Positions 38,768-40,081 of a stretch of 40,081 nt of DNA are shown here, in pieces. How positions within the stretch are numbered: position 1 is the stretch's first letter; the number at the start of each line of letters is the position of its first letter. The stretch is from contig JAFLJX010000213.1 of the NCBI GenBank assembly GCA_022712785.1, forward strand, positions 1 through 40,081, given 5' to 3'. A program made the translations under genes and the position numbers. This DNA comes from Mycoplasmatota bacterium. GTDB lineage: Bacteria; Bacillota_I; Bacilli_A; Izemoplasmatales; Izemoplasmataceae. The notes under the pieces are model-generated. The model had not been told where the DNA came from, searched no databases, and saw only the letters and a list, made by a program, of their open reading frames with translations.

Positions 38768-39901
38768 ATGGAAAAAAGAAGAATTAAAGGACTTAAAACA
38801 GATGTTTCTCTTTTAGGATTTGGATGTATGAGATTTCCGTTACTAGAAAATGGTGAAGTTGATTTTGATGAATCGAAAAGAATGGTTGATTTTTCAATCT
38901 CAAATGGAGTTAACTATATAGACACAGCATATCCTTATCATGGAGGAAAAAGTGAGTTAATTGTTAGAGATATTATCAAAGATTATGATAGGGATAGTTT
39001 TTACTTAGCAAATAAACTTCCTTTATGGGATTGTAAAGATAATGTTGATATAGATAGAATATTTCATGAACAATTAGAAAAATGTGGAGTCGATTACTTT
39101 GATTTTTATCTTATACACGCTGTAAATAAAGAAAGATACATTCAAGTTCAAGAACTTAAAGTTATTGAACAGTTAGAAGGATATAGAAAAGAAGGAAAAA
39201 TTAGAAATATTGGCTTTAGTTTCCATGATGATCTTCCAACATTTATCAAATGGGTAGATTTATACAATTGGGACTTCGTTCAAATTCAATTAAATTACAT
39301 GGATACAGAACATCAACAAGGAATTACAGGATATAACTATTTAACAGAAAAAGGAATTCCGGTTATTGTTATGGAACCCGTTAAAGGGGGTAGTTTAGCT
39401 AATTTTAATCCTAAAGTAGAAAAAATACTGAAAGAAAAAAATGAAAATGCATCAATTGCTTCATGGGCTTTTAGATGGGTTGGAACACTACCAAACGTTA
39501 AAACTATTCTTAGTGGTATGACTACAATGGAACAAGTTGAAGATAATGTAAATACTTTTTCAAATTTCAAACCTTTAAATGAAGATGAACTTAAACTAAT
39601 GGACGAAGTTAGAACTAGATTACTGGATTTTACTGAAGTAGAGTGTACTTCATGTAATTATTGTATGCCTTGCCCTCATGGCGTTGACATTCCTGGAAAC
39701 TTCGGAATATTCAATGATAGTGCAATGTATAAAGATAATAAAAAAACAAAATGGCTTTATGGTAATTTAGAAGAAAAAGAATCAACAGGTAATTTCTGTA
39801 TTGATTGTGGGGAGTGTTTGCCTAAATGCCCTCAACAAATTGAAATACCTACATATCTCACTAAAATGCAAACGTATTTAAAAGATAATGGAATTATATA
39901 A
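38768..39901 (+). CDS. Aldo/keto reductase with a C-terminal 4Fe-4S ferredoxin-type domain (COG1453-like).
   Basis: AKR core (LGFGCMRFP, IDTAYPYHGGKSE, HA..K). The C-terminal Cys clusters are CTSCNYCMPCPHGVDIP and CIDCGECLPKCPQ. The start is set to ATG 38768 (AAGGAG 8 nt upstream). Confidence 0.8.
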   Translation: MEKRRIKGLKTDVSLLGFGCMRFPLLENGEVDFDESKRMVDFSISNGVNYIDTAYPYHGGKSELIVRDIIKDYDRDSFYLANKLPLWDCKDNVDIDRIFHEQLEKCGVDYFDFYLIHAVNKERYIQVQELKVIEQLEGYRKEGKIRNIGFSFHDDLPTFIKWVDLYNWDFVQIQLNYMDTEHQQGITGYNYLTEKGIPVIVMEPVKGGSLANFNPKVEKILKEKNENASIASWAFRWVGTLPNVKTILSGMTTMEQVEDNVNTFSNFKPLNEDELKLMDEVRTRLLDFTEVECTSCNYCMPCPHGVDIPGNFGIFNDSAMYKDNKKTKWLYGNLEEKESTGNFCIDCGECLPKCPQQIEIPTYLTKMQTYLKDNGII

Positions 39902-39920
39902 TTCTAACATAGAAGAGGTT

Positions 39921-40081
39921 GTGGTAGTTGAAGGCTACCATGACCTTGCTACATTAAAAGCCATATTTAAAGAAATAGACGTATACATAACAAATGGTAG
40001 TGAGATATCAGATGATACTTTAAAAGAGTTAAAGATTTTAAATGATAAAAGAGGATTAATTCTATTCTTAGACCCTGATTA
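39921..40081 (+). CDS. rnmV: Ribonuclease M5 (Toprim domain), 5' part only, running off the window.
   Basis: My own translation: VVVEGYHDLATLKAIFKEIDVYITNGSEISDDTLKELKILNDKRGLILFLDPD, which matches the VVEG..D......TNG....FTDPD pattern of RNase M5. The start codon is unresolved (GTG 39921 has only a 2-nt SD spacing, and there is no in-frame ATG). Confidence 0.65.
   Translation, partial: MVVEGYHDLATLKAIFKEIDVYITNGSEISDDTLKELKILNDKRGLILFLDPD

Overview
The window is the chromosomal replication-origin neighbourhood of a very AT-rich, standard-code, Bacillota-type bacterium (Erysipelotrichia- or Acholeplasma-like by gene content; this is inference). It is mostly ordinary core genome, and I found no CRISPR array, transposase, integrase, phage block, or recognisable defence or toxin system.

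Gene content:
- Left of the origin, all on the minus strand: rpmH-rnpA-yidC-jag-pth, an unlisted 55-aa membrane peptide, mfd, a COG2509 flavoprotein plus purA, then a cobalamin riboswitch leading a divergent PduO-like gene, a UPF0316 gene with an in-frame stop, and nrdD-nrdG.
- Right of the origin, on the plus strand: dnaA-dnaN-yaaA-recF-gyrB-gyrA, T-box-controlled serS, pepA, then a HAD/HIT pair (minus), pta, a DagK-like lipid kinase, an Fe-S aldo/keto reductase and the start of RNase M5.
- DnaA boxes flank dnaA on both sides.
- Further left, a complete plus-strand shikimate/chorismate operon (tyrA-aroA-aroB-aroC-chorismate mutase-aroE::aroK fusion-aroQ-DAHP synthase), and fhs on the minus strand.

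Points worth a second look:
1. An abrupt compositional break near position 350. A ~50% GC, 5'-truncated lnt-like fragment abuts AT-rich DNA, which suggests a chimeric join or a foreign-DNA border.
2. The B12-riboswitch unit, which may read through into nrdDG.
3. The in-frame TAA in the UPF0316 gene.
4. A GTAC-repeat attenuator-like leader upstream of the flavoprotein-purA operon.
5. A 19-nt exact repeat at the serS/pepA boundary, with the two genes in the same frame.
6. A ~470-bp non-coding tract between two terminators carrying four exact ATTATAAATA copies.
7. An A7G7 homopolymer at the start of the DagK-like gene.

All product calls come from motif recognition in the supplied translations. 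No database search was possible.
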